A program made the position numbers and the translations under genes. This document shows, piece by piece, positions 45,488 to 54,900 of a stretch of DNA of 61,675 nucleotides. Every line of letters begins with the position of its first letter. Position 1 is the first letter of the stretch. The stretch covers positions 1 through 61,675 of the forward strand of contig MNEG01000148.1 of the NCBI GenBank assembly GCA_001917585.1, read 5' to 3'. The notes beneath the pieces are model-generated. The model saw only the letters and a program-made list of their open reading frames with translations. It did not search any database and was not told where the DNA came from. Origin of the DNA: Candidatus Rokubacteria bacterium 13_1_40CM_68_15. Lineage in GTDB: Bacteria > Methylomirabilota > Methylomirabilia > Rokubacteriales > CSP1-6.

Positions 45488-46272
45488 CCTGGCTTGCCGA
45501 GCGCCATGGTGATCGCCTGATCACTCGGCTCGTGAGCGAGGACGTGAAGGCCGGCGGCCCTGGCCTCCGCCTCCACCTCGCCGGGCTGGAAGAAGTGCTG
45601 GAACGTCACCGAGCTCATCGTGGGGCCGGCGATGGCGAGGCTGTCACCTGCTTCCGGGCGCCAGCTCGCGCCCATCAGCCGCGCGACTGCGCGCGTGAGG
45701 CGGAGCGTGCGGCGAGGCCCGGCCTGTTGGGCCGGCGCGTAGCTGAGCAGGATCCGGCCTCGCCGGGCCAGGTGTGCCGAGAGCTTCTCGAGCACCCGAA
45801 CGCGCCGCGCGGACTCCGGGATGTACGCGTAGCAGAACCAGGAGAAGACGAACACGTCGTAGCGCTGGCCCAGCTCGACCGTTTCAATGTCGCCAACGCG
45901 TACCAGCGCCTCGAGCGTTCGCTCGGTCAGGCGTTGCCGGGCGCGCTCGACGGCCTCGGGCACGAGGTCCAGACCGTCGGGGCGGTACCCCCGGTCCAGC
46001 AAGGCCAAGAGATCGCGGCCAGTGCCGCAGCCGATGAGGAGAACCCTGTCGTCTCGGTCGATGAAGCGCGCGTCCTCCCACGCGAACAGGGAGACGTCGT
46101 CAGAGGCTTCCTGCGCGATCCCGAACTGGCGCCACTCCTCGATGATGGCCGCCTGGAGAGTGGCACGATCGAGCAGTCCGGCGGCCGCGTAGCGCAGCGC
46201 GGTGGCTGCGGATTCCAGCCCGCGGCCGAGAAGGTACAGCGCGGCGAACGCTCGGCGGCGCGCCCACGACAT
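45484..46272 (-). CDS. Class I SAM-dependent methyltransferase
   Basis: 262 aa. VLLIGCGTGRDL motif I and DVFVFSWF motif. Confidence 0.8.
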   Translation of the reverse strand: MSWARRRAFAALYLLGRGLESAATALRYAAAGLLDRATLQAAIIEEWRQFGIAQEASDDVSLFAWEDARFIDRDDRVLLIGCGTGRDLLALLDRGYRPDGLDLVPEAVERARQRLTERTLEALVRVGDIETVELGQRYDVFVFSWFCYAYIPESARRVRVLEKLSAHLARRGRILLSYAPAQQAGPRRTLRLTRAVARLMGASWRPEAGDSLAIAGPTMSSVTFQHFFQPGEVEAEARAAGLHVLAHEPSDQAITMALGKPG

Positions 46273-46276
46273 TTCG

Positions 46277-47905
46277 CTAGTAGCCCAGCGCGGCGCCGTC
46301 GGCGCGTGGATCGGAGCCCCCGAGCAGGAGTCCGTCGGCGAGCGCGATGCACTGGGCGTGACCCATGAGATCGCTCCACGCCTCGACGATGCGGACGTCG
46401 TGGCCGCGCTCGCTCAAGGCCGTCGCCACGGTGTCGCCGAAGCGCGCTTCGAGGCACAGCGCCTTCGACGGCTCGCCCCACGTCCGGCCGTAGAGCCAGC
46501 GCGGGGCTTCCACGGCGGCCTGTGGACCGAGCCCGCGGTCCACCAGCCGCGTCACCAGCGCGGCCTGGGTCTGGGGTTGCCCTTCGCCCCCCATCGTCCC
46601 GTACACGAAACGCGGCCGGCCGCCGACCATATATATGGATGGGATCAGAGTGTGGGCCGTGCGCTTGCGCGGGGCCAGCGCATTGGGGTGGCGGGGGTCG
46701 AGCGAGAAGAAGGCGCCCCGATTCTGCAAGAGCACGCCGGTGTCGCCGGCCACGACCGCGGCACCGAACTCGTGATACGTGCTCTGGATCACGGACACGG
46801 CATTGCCGTCCGCGTCGGCCGTCACGATAGCGATCGTGTCGCCGTCGGCTGGCGGCCCCCCGACCGGCATCGCGGCACGGCGCGAGATGCGACCGCGGCG
46901 ACGGGCCAGCCGGGCCGCATCGAGGCAGCGCTCCACGGGCACCGCGACGACCGCCGGATCGGCGAGGTAGCGGTCGCGATCCTCGAACGCGAGCTTGGTG
47001 GCCTCGACGACGACGTGGACATAGTCGGCGTCGTCGAGGTCGGCCATGTCGAAGCCTTCGAGCAGGGCGAGGATGGCGAGGGCGGCAAAGCCCTGGGTCG
47101 GAGGCGGGAAGCTCGTCGCCTCGCCGTCGCGATAACGCACGCGGAGCGGCTCGACCCAGTCGGCGCGGTGCTCGGCGAGGTCGGCAAGCGCGAGCGGACT
47201 GCCGACGGCGCTGGCGCCGGCCACGATGCGGCGGGCGAGGTCACCGCGATAGAACGCCTCGCTGCCGCCGTCGGCCACCGCGGCCAGCGTGGCGGCGAGA
47301 TCGGTCTGCACGAACCGCCCGTCGGCGAAGCGATCCGGGTGGTACACGGGCCAGAACGAGCGCCGGATCTCGATCGGCGCCGTGGCGCCGAAGAGCGCGC
47401 TGGCGTCGGCGGTGACGCGGCGCTGACCCGGCGAGACGGCGAACCCGTCGCCTGCGTGACGCATGGCGTCCTCGAGGAGTCTCTTCCACGGAATCGGTGA
47501 GCCGAGCGCCTCGCGGCTCATCCGATGGGCGTCCCACCAGCCCGAGACGACACCGGGCACCATGATGGCGGCAGCGCCGCCGCGGACCGGCATCGCCTCG
47601 CCGTAGCGGGTGCGATAAGCGTCGGCGTCCACCTGCGCCGCCGAGCGCCCGCAGGCGTTCAGCGCGCGCAACCGTCGGGCGCGTGCATCGTAGATCAGCC
47701 AGAAGTTGTCGCCGCCGATCGAGTTCATGTGCGGGTAGACGACGGCGATCGTCGCGGCGGCGGCGATGGCGGCGTCGACGGCGTTACCTCCGGCAGCGAA
47801 GACGGCGCGTCCGGCCTCGGTGGCCAGGGCGTGGGGCGCCGCCACCATCCCGCGCGTCGCTCGCGCCTCGGGCCAGCGGGTCCCCGAAATCACGCGCGCC
47901 ATCAT
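46277..47905 (-). CDS. Gamma-glutamyltransferase family protein (no signal peptide)
   Basis: Real start MMARVISG... (ATG 47905) within ORF 46277..48643. GMVAAPHALATEAG...GGNAVDAAIA...SIGGDNF and ...RTAHTLIPS blocks. Confidence 0.85.
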   Translation of the reverse strand: MMARVISGTRWPEARATRGMVAAPHALATEAGRAVFAAGGNAVDAAIAAAATIAVVYPHMNSIGGDNFWLIYDARARRLRALNACGRSAAQVDADAYRTRYGEAMPVRGGAAAIMVPGVVSGWWDAHRMSREALGSPIPWKRLLEDAMRHAGDGFAVSPGQRRVTADASALFGATAPIEIRRSFWPVYHPDRFADGRFVQTDLAATLAAVADGGSEAFYRGDLARRIVAGASAVGSPLALADLAEHRADWVEPLRVRYRDGEATSFPPPTQGFAALAILALLEGFDMADLDDADYVHVVVEATKLAFEDRDRYLADPAVVAVPVERCLDAARLARRRGRISRRAAMPVGGPPADGDTIAIVTADADGNAVSVIQSTYHEFGAAVVAGDTGVLLQNRGAFFSLDPRHPNALAPRKRTAHTLIPSIYMVGGRPRFVYGTMGGEGQPQTQAALVTRLVDRGLGPQAAVEAPRWLYGRTWGEPSKALCLEARFGDTVATALSERGHDVRIVEAWSDLMGHAQCIALADGLLLGGSDPRADGAALGY

Positions 47906-47956
47906 AGCAGCCGCGGCGACGGCACCCGCTCCGGCGGCGTGGCGTGGGAATCGCCG

Positions 47957-48799
47957 GTGCTGGGTGACGCGATCGGCGCTCGGGTGACGGTGCAATACCG
48001 CGCCGCCGCCGACGCGACCTTCCAGACGCAGTTCACGGGTGACCTGGTGATCGTGGGGACGAAGAACGCGAGCGCGACGAACAACAAGGTGTATGGGCTG
48101 GACGCCGCCACCGGGACGGTGCAGTGGACGTTCAACCCCACGGGCGCGACGGCGGTGGACGTGGTGACGGGCTGGCCGCAGGTCGTCTACGAGACGAACC
48201 GCGTGATCGTGACGACGAAGTCCAACGGCGGCACCCAGGCGAGCCTGTGGGTGCTGTCGACGATCACGGGGAGTCTGGTCCAGAGCTGGAGCTACGGGGA
48301 CATCACGATGGGGCTCGGCGGGGCGACCAACGGCACGCTCTACGTGGGGACGGCCAGCGGCAAGCTCTACGAGTTCGATCCGGTGACGCTCGGGATGGTG
48401 TGGAGCGGGCCCTACGACACGGGGACGAACAACGTGATCGTCGGCTGGGTCTGGGAGGACTGGGAGCAACGGGGACGGCTGTACTTCAGCACCACTGATG
48501 GCCATGTGTGGGCGGTGCAGACGAGTGGCGGGACCGCGCCGCCCAGCCTGGTGTGGAAGACGACGCTGAGCGGGGCGTCGGCGCCGCTCGTCCTCGAGAG
48601 TAACGGGGCGCTCTACGTGGGCGGCAGCGACGGCAAGATCCACGAGCTGCGGCTGACCGACGGCGTGGATCAGAAGCAGGCGACGATCGGGGCGGGGGCA
48701 TCGGCCGTGGGCTCGCCCACGTGGGACGCGACCAGCGGCTGGCTCTACGCTCCCACGGCCAACGGCAAGATCTGGGCTGTGCCTGCGCCGCTCCCGTAA
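47957..48799 (+). CDS. PQQ-like/BamB-like beta-propeller repeat protein, apparently lacking its N-terminus
   Basis: Repeats such as NNKVYGLDAATGTVQW, GKLYEFDPVTLGMVW and GKIHELRLTDG. No signal peptide. Only in-frame GTGs (47939, 47957, 47984) lie downstream of the divergent GGT start. Confidence 0.5.
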   Translation: MLGDAIGARVTVQYRAAADATFQTQFTGDLVIVGTKNASATNNKVYGLDAATGTVQWTFNPTGATAVDVVTGWPQVVYETNRVIVTTKSNGGTQASLWVLSTITGSLVQSWSYGDITMGLGGATNGTLYVGTASGKLYEFDPVTLGMVWSGPYDTGTNNVIVGWVWEDWEQRGRLYFSTTDGHVWAVQTSGGTAPPSLVWKTTLSGASAPLVLESNGALYVGGSDGKIHELRLTDGVDQKQATIGAGASAVGSPTWDATSGWLYAPTANGKIWAVPAPLP

Positions 48800-48809
48800 C
48801 TCCGGCGGA

Positions 48810-49211
48810 TCAGCGCCCCACGAGCTTGGCGATCGTCTCGCCGAGGTAGAACGGATCGACCGGCTTCGCCAGGAATGCGTCGAACCCGACGTCGGCGGCC
48901 TGAATCACGCTGTACCGATTGCGGTGTGCGGTGAGCGCGACCGTCGGGATGGGACCACCCTGCTGACGCCGCTTCAGCTGATCGACCAGCCACAGACCAT
49001 CCTCGTTCGGCATCGCGAGATCGCTGACGATGGCGTGGGGACGCATCGTCAGGGCGACGGCCAGGGCCTCGCGAGCGTTCGCTGCCGTTCGAACGATCGC
49101 GCCGTACCGCCTGAGCGCGATACTGAAGATCTCGAGCGAATCCGCATTGTCGTCGACGACGAGCACCACGATGCCGGTGAGATTCGGGGAATACGCGAGT
49201 GCTGTAGTCAT
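48810..49211 (-). CDS. Stand-alone response-regulator receiver domain protein
   Basis: Start MTTALAY... (ATG 49211, GGAG SD). VLVVDDNADS...IVSDLAMPNEDG...ALTAH...FLAKP. Confidence 0.8.
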   Translation of the reverse strand: MTTALAYSPNLTGIVVLVVDDNADSLEIFSIALRRYGAIVRTAANAREALAVALTMRPHAIVSDLAMPNEDGLWLVDQLKRRQQGGPIPTVALTAHRNRYSVIQAADVGFDAFLAKPVDPFYLGETIAKLVGR

Positions 49212-49386
49212 GATGACTCCTGGTGCGGAACAGAATCCGCTTCGATGTGCCGAGCGCCGCGGACGAACACGTGAAGCGTCCGAGGCTGGGGTTGCATCTC
49301 GTACCGACCCGGAGACGAGCGCATCGTTCGTCCAACGTGCGCGTGCCTCGGTCAAAAGACAATCAGAAAAGATTTTCCCAGATTTG

Positions 49387-49422
49387 CCCCGGGAAACATT
49401 TCCGGGGATCCCCCACTTGACA
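49387..49422 (+). promoter_or_regulatory. Imperfect palindrome next to a perfect TTGACA, upstream of the PqqD-rSAM operon
   Basis: CCCCGGGAAA-CA-TTTCCGGGG (49387-49407) followed by TTGACA (49417-49422). No convincing -10 found. Confidence 0.25.
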
Positions 49423-49456
49423 CCGTCTGCATTTTCGAGGGACAACCGTCGTCCAG

Positions 49457-49762
49457 ATGGGCGACGTCACGGGGCTGGACGCCACCTATGCGAGGGATCC
49501 CGACTTCGTCTCCCGCCGGATCGCCGACGAGGTGATCGTGTTGCCCATACGCAAGAACCTCGGGGATCTCGAGTCCATCTACACGTTGAACGAGGTGGGG
49601 GCGCGCATCTGGGAGCTCTTCGACGGACGGCGCAGCCTTCGCGAGATTCGCGACATTCTCACGAGCGAGTACGAGGTGACGGCGCAGGCGGCGACGGGGG
49701 ACCTGGCCATGTTCGTCGAGCACCTCACCGCGATCGGAGCCCTGACGGCGATGGAGCGATGA
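49457..49762 (+). CDS. PqqD-family peptide chaperone (RiPP recognition element)
   Basis: 101 aa. ...VSRRIADEVIVLP...ESIYTLNEVGARIWELFDGRRSLREIRDILTSEYEV...DLAMFVEHL is the canonical PqqD pattern. ATGA overlap with the next gene. Confidence 0.8.
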   Translation: MGDVTGLDATYARDPDFVSRRIADEVIVLPIRKNLGDLESIYTLNEVGARIWELFDGRRSLREIRDILTSEYEVTAQAATGDLAMFVEHLTAIGALTAMER

Positions 49763-50916
49763 CCCCGGCGGCCGTTCCCGCGATCGGCTACAGCCAGCTC
49801 GTCGAGCGGATCAAGCACGGCGACGGCATGGCGCACGTGCCGCTCGAGGGCAGCTGGGAGCTGACGTACCGTTGCAACCTCGCCTGCACCCACTGCTGGG
49901 TCAATCTTCCAGCCGGTGACCGCCGGGCCCGCCAGCGCGAGCTCACCGGTGACGAGATCGATCGCATCGCCGGAGAGATCGTGGACGCCGGGGGGTTGTG
50001 GCTGCTCCTGACCGGTGGTGAGATCTTCCTCCGCCCCGACTTCCTCGACATCTATCGACGGCTCAAGCGACGCGGTTTGCTCCTCACGCTCTACACGAAC
50101 GGAACGATGATCACCGAGCGGACGGCCGACCTGCTCGCGGAATACCCGCCGAGCCTCGTCGAGATCTCGCTCTACGGCATCACGCCCGGCACGTATGCGG
50201 CAGTCACCGAGGTGCCGGCCCTCGAGCGCTGTCTGCGCGGTATCCGCCTGCTTCGCGATCGCGACGTCAAGATCAGGCTCAAGAGCGTGGTGACGACCGC
50301 GAACTACGACGAGTTCCTGGACATCGCGGCCTGGGTCAAGCGCGAGTTCGGTCTGCGCTTCCGGTACGACCCGAACATCAATTTCCGCAAGATCGAGGGG
50401 CGGGAGGGAACGGCCCCGGCCAGGGTCCGGGTGCCGGCCTCGCAGGTCGTGGCCCTGGACCAGGCCCTGGACGCCGAGACCGATGATCTGCGCGGGACGT
50501 ACCAGGACATGGTCGACAAGGCCCGGCAGGGGATCGATATCCGACGCGGCAGCGGGTACGTTTTCGACTGCGGCGCCGGCCTGAACGCGTATCACATCGA
50601 CCCGTACGGCCGCCTGACCTCCTGCATGATGGTGCCGTCGATCGGCTACGACCTGCGCGAGGGCTCGTTTCGCGAGGGCTGGGACTCCTTCCTCGAGCGC
50701 GTCGTGTACCTCAAGAAGACACGGACCACGCGGTGCGACTCCTGCGCCATCTCCGGTAATTGCACGGGGTGCCCGGGGTGGTCGCTGCTCGAGCACGGCG
50801 ACCTCGAGGAACCGGTGGACTACGTCTGCGACGTCAATCACGGTCGCGCCCAGGCCTTCGGGGCGGGGGAGCTGATTTCCACGATACGCATGAAAGGAGC
50901 GCCGGTCCATGGATAA
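49759..50916 (+). CDS. Radical SAM / SPASM-domain peptide maturase
   Basis: 385 aa. CNLACTHC (Cx3Cx2C), LTGGEIFLRPD, and C-terminal auxiliary-cluster cysteines (FDCGAG..., SCMM, RCDSCAISGNCTGCPG). Confidence 0.9.
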   Translation: MTPAAVPAIGYSQLVERIKHGDGMAHVPLEGSWELTYRCNLACTHCWVNLPAGDRRARQRELTGDEIDRIAGEIVDAGGLWLLLTGGEIFLRPDFLDIYRRLKRRGLLLTLYTNGTMITERTADLLAEYPPSLVEISLYGITPGTYAAVTEVPALERCLRGIRLLRDRDVKIRLKSVVTTANYDEFLDIAAWVKREFGLRFRYDPNINFRKIEGREGTAPARVRVPASQVVALDQALDAETDDLRGTYQDMVDKARQGIDIRRGSGYVFDCGAGLNAYHIDPYGRLTSCMMVPSIGYDLREGSFREGWDSFLERVVYLKKTRTTRCDSCAISGNCTGCPGWSLLEHGDLEEPVDYVCDVNHGRAQAFGAGELISTIRMKGAPVHG

Positions 50917-51094
50917 GAGCGACGAGGCCCCGCGCAGGCCCTACACGCCCCCCACGGTCGAGCGGGTGGACATCGTCGAGAGCGAGGTCGCGCTCCAGAC
51001 GTGCAAGAAGAGCACCACGAGTACGATCAACACGAAGAACACGATCGGCAACTTCGTCTGCCCGAGCAACTGCAAGAACCGCTCGAACACCTGA
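50909..51094 (+). CDS. Candidate RiPP precursor peptide (61 aa)
   Basis: AAAGGAG SD 10 nt upstream of ATG 50909. 8-nt overlap with the rSAM stop. 59 of 61 codons end in G/C. Acidic leader MDKSDEAPRRPYTPPTVERVDIVESEVALQ plus basic core TCKKSTTSTINTKNTIGNFVCPSNCKNRSNT (3 Cys). Confidence 0.65.
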   Translation: MDKSDEAPRRPYTPPTVERVDIVESEVALQTCKKSTTSTINTKNTIGNFVCPSNCKNRSNT

Positions 51095-51960
51095 TCCCGG
51101 GAGCCGGCCTCACCGTCGGCCGATCGACGGTCGCCATCACGAACGCCGAGCGATCCGGCGACTGGGTCGTCGGTCGCCTCCACCGGCAGTTCCTGCACGT
51201 CGGTGGCGATCCGACCCTCGATCTCTCCGTCGCCCCGCTCGATCGCGGCGTCCCCGCTGACGGGGCCGTCGCCTTCGATTCCGGTCTGGGCTGGCGCGTC
51301 GTGGAGACCACCGACGGCTGGTCGTTCGTCGGCCTCAGGGCGAGTCGCGCCTATCACGCCATCGCCGTCGACCGGGAGTGGCGCACCGGCACCGTGTTTC
51401 TTCCGGCGCGCCTGCGGGCCGGCATCGCCTGTCCTTTTCCGGTCGCGTATCCGTGGGAGATGCTGCTCTTCACCTCGCTGCTCGCTCACGGCCACGGTGC
51501 GATCGTGCATGCGACTGCCGTTGTCGTCGACGGCGCGGGCTGGGTCTTCGCGGGCCCGCATCGCGCCGGGAAGAGCACGCTGGCGCGACTCTTCAAGACG
51601 CGCCCGGATGTCACCGTGCTCAACGACGACCGCGTGGCAGTGCGACACGTGCTCGGTCGATGGCACGTCTTCGGGACGCCATGGGCGGGAAGCGCGCGGC
51701 TCAACGCTGATGCATCAGCGCCGATCCGCGGCGTGTGTCTGATCCGACACGGACGCGCGACGAGACCGACGCGTCTGGCGCCGGGTCGGGCCGCCGCGGC
51801 ACTCCTGGCGCGCTGCCTCCACCCGTACTGGGAGCGCGCAGCCGCCTCGAAGCTGCTCGACACGATCGCGCGACTCGTCACCGAAGTTCCCTGCTACGAC
51901 TTTCCCTTTGCGCCCCGCCTTGGCTCGGTGCTTCGTGGACTCCAAGCGGCTGAAAGATAA
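51001..51960 (+). CDS. HPr kinase/phosphorylase-like (HprK-related) kinase
   Basis: LLAHGHGAIVHATAVVVDGAGWVFAGPHRAGKSTLARLF (P-loop) and DDRV...HVFGTPWAG resemble the HprK C-terminal kinase fold. Start uncertain: GTG 51001 overlaps the precursor ORF by 94 nt, otherwise only CTG 51091. Confidence 0.7.
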   Translation: MQEEHHEYDQHEEHDRQLRLPEQLQEPLEHLIPGAGLTVGRSTVAITNAERSGDWVVGRLHRQFLHVGGDPTLDLSVAPLDRGVPADGAVAFDSGLGWRVVETTDGWSFVGLRASRAYHAIAVDREWRTGTVFLPARLRAGIACPFPVAYPWEMLLFTSLLAHGHGAIVHATAVVVDGAGWVFAGPHRAGKSTLARLFKTRPDVTVLNDDRVAVRHVLGRWHVFGTPWAGSARLNADASAPIRGVCLIRHGRATRPTRLAPGRAAAALLARCLHPYWERAAASKLLDTIARLVTEVPCYDFPFAPRLGSVLRGLQAAER

Positions 51961-51981
51961 AGCCCTGAGGAGTCCGCATCA

Positions 51982-54900
51982 TTGACACTTCGACGGCGCG
52001 ATCTGATTTTCGAGGAGTTCTGTAAGGAGACCCTCGCTCGGGGCCTTCCGTACTGGTGGCGCCCGCGTGGTCTCAGCATGGCGCCGACGATCGATGACGG
52101 CGACCGCGTGCTGGTCGCGCCCGCTGCCCCCGAGAGCCTGAAGCCCGGTGACATCGTGAAGTTCCGGGTCGATGGCGCCTTCGTGATGCATCGTCTGGTG
52201 CGCTGCGATCGTGGCGAGGACGGAGTGCGGACGTTCGTCTTCAGGGGCGACAACGCTCCTGCCGACGATCCGCCGGTGACGGCCCTAGCGATCATCGGCC
52301 GCGCCGTCGCCGTCGAGCGCGATGGCCGCCAGCGACGGCTGGATTCGAGATTCGAGCTCTGGAGGGGACGACTGAAGATCATTCGACGCGCTTTGATCGA
52401 ACGATGGCCTGACCGGCAGGGCGGCGCTCTGGTTCTCATCGCCGCTCTGGCGGCTTTGCTCTCCCTCGGTACCTCCGCCGCTGCCGCGAAAGACTCCAGA
52501 GACTCGAGCCGATTCCAGGGACTCCAAGGACGCGAAGGGCAAGCCGCCGACGCCATCGGTCCCGACGCTCTCGGTGGTCGGGACGCCGCACGTCGGCCGC
52601 CATCCGTTCGGCGTGGCAATCGATTCGCGCCGGGCACTCGCCGTGCTCGCCAATCGCAACGACCGGACGGTGTCGGTCGTCGATCTGCTGAGCGCCACCA
52701 CGCGCGGGACGATCCTGGTGGGCCGCGGACCCGTCGGCGTCGCGATCCACGCCACCGGCGTCGCGTTCGTCACGCTCGCCCACGAAAACGCCGTGGCCGT
52801 CATCGACCGGCGCTCGGCACGCTGATTCGCAAGATACCGGTCGGTCTCCGTCCCACCGGCGTCGCCGTGGCCGGCAACGTCGCCGGCGTCTTGGCCGTGA
52901 CCGACCAGAACGACGGTGTGGTGTTCTTCCTCGACATCAACCATCCGGAAAGCCCGGTCTTCCTGCCGTCCGTCACATTGCCCGGAGGTGGTCGCGGTCG
53001 CGACGACGATGACCGCCGCCGTGGCCCCCGCGCCCGCCCGGTGGGAGTCGCCTTCGACTACGGGCCGGGGGTGAACCAGGTCGTGGTCGCCGACGAGAAC
53101 CGCAACGCGGTCCACGTCCTCAAGCTCACGGGCCAGGCCACGCTCGACAGCATCCGCTCCGTGGGCATGGGCAAGCGCCCTCAGGCGATCGCCGTCAACC
53201 CGGGCCGCGATTACGCCTTGGTCACGAGCGAGAAGGACGACGTGTTCGGCTTCACGCCGTCGTCGGGTGAAGTGACCGGCCGGGCCGAAGCCGGAAAGCG
53301 CCCACGGAGCGTCGCCATCGATCCAGAGACGTGCCGGGCCGTAGTGACGAACTCGAAGAGCAATTCCGCCTCCGTGCTGGTGGGGCCGTGCAACGTTCTC
53401 AAGATCTTCTTCCTTTCGCCGTCGACGGCGAAGGTCGGATCCGGCGCGTTTACGCTGGAGATCATCGGCAGCGGCTTCGCCGCCAACGCCCAGGTCAACT
53501 TCGGAACGCTCACGCTGGCGCCGAGCTCGGTGACTCCAGGGCGCATCCAGGTCACGGCCCCGCGGCCGCGGTGGTGACGCTCGGCAGCGTGCTCGTGACC
53601 GTGACGAATCCTCCAGCCCACGTCGGCGACCCGCCGACGGTGTCGACCACGCTCCCATTCGTCGTCAACACCGATCCGCTCAAGCTCTCTTCGGTCACCC
53701 CGAGTACCAGCGTGGCCGACGGCCTCGACCTGGCGCTCACGCTGACCGGACAGCGCATCAAGGCAGGCGCCACGGTCTTCTTCGGCGCGCCGAGCGCCAG
53801 CGGCTGCGGCGTGGAGATCGAGACCGCGTCGTCCGGCGTGCCGAGCAGCACCGTACTGCAGGCGGTCGTCCCGGGGATTCGGGCCGACGTGACCGGCGTC
53901 CACGGGACGGACCTGACCTTGCGCGGCGGCGCCTACTGCGTGCAGGTCGTCAACCCCGACGGCGAGCGGTCGAACAACGCTGCCGGTGACCATCACCAAC
54001 CCGAAGCCGACGCTCTCCAACCTGTTCCCGAGCGCGGCCGACCAGGGTAGCCCCACGCTGACGATGCTGTTGAACGGCGACGGCTTCGTCGGGACGATCG
54101 CGGGTGCTCAGATCCTTCCCACCACGGTCGTGAAGTTCAACAACGTTCCGGTCGCCGCGGTCCCAAACCAGCTCCATCCGATGGATCAGATGGTGATCAC
54201 GATTCCCAGCGCGCTGCTCGTCGGCGCCGGTGTCTTCACCGTGAGCGTGGAGAATCCAGCCATCAACGGCGCCGGCGGTGGGACCGCGTCGGCAACGTTC
54301 ACCGTCCGGACCCTGAACGCGATCCTGCCCACCAAGGTCGTGGCGATTCCCGAGGGCCAGCCCGATCACGTGGCGATGGTCGGCCATCGTCTCGGCGCCG
54401 TGGCCGTGTCCAACCAGGGTGTGGTCCGCCTCCTCGATCTGTCCAGGCTGAATTTCGACCACCACGCCCGATGCCGGCGTCGTGCTCGATCCACCCATCG
54501 TGCTGGCGGAGCCGCGCATCGGTGCGACCGGCGACATCGACGGTGATCCGGTGGCCGGGATCCTGGCCGTCGCGCTGCAGCGGGACGATGCGGTGGCCGT
54601 CGTGACGCTCCAGGGCGTCGATCCCATCACGTACGCTCCGTGTCCATGCCGGAGGACGCTGGCGCTCGGGCTCGGCTCGAGTCCTTACGGTATCGCCCTC
54701 GACGTCGCCAACGATCGCCTGGTCGTCGTGAACCAGGGGCTTCCGCCCGGTGAGCCCACCATGCCGCTCGGGTTTCCCGGCATTCTGCCGAGCCTCTCGG
54801 TGATCCGGCTCTCCTCGCTCACCGAGATCGTCAGGATCCCGCTGTACTCGGCGTTCGACCCCGACGGTCTGTTATTCTTCGCCCCGGCCCTGGTGGCGAT

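Noticed and set aside
49223-49420. 65-aa plus-strand ORF in the RR/PqqD intergenic region as an alternative precursor peptide
   Set aside because: There is no SD and the third-position bias is poor. The Arg-rich sequence has a single Cys, and the ORF begins within the divergent promoter region next to the RR start. The 50909 ORF is far better supported.
49579-50910. 443-aa minus-strand ORF opposite the radical SAM gene
   Set aside because: Shadow of the rSAM/SPASM gene. No motifs, Arg/Val/Asp-rich.
51001-51093. His/Glu/Gln-rich stretch (VQEEHHEYDQHEEHDRQLRLPEQLQEPLEHL) as a metal-binding N-terminal tail of the kinase
   Set aside because: Only 16 of 30 codons end in G/C, unlike every real gene here. 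The same DNA in the precursor frame has near-total G/C third positions. The His-rich sequence is most simply the off-frame image of AAG/AAC/ACG-rich core codons. It remains possible as a genuine overlap, and this is noted under the start-codon finding.
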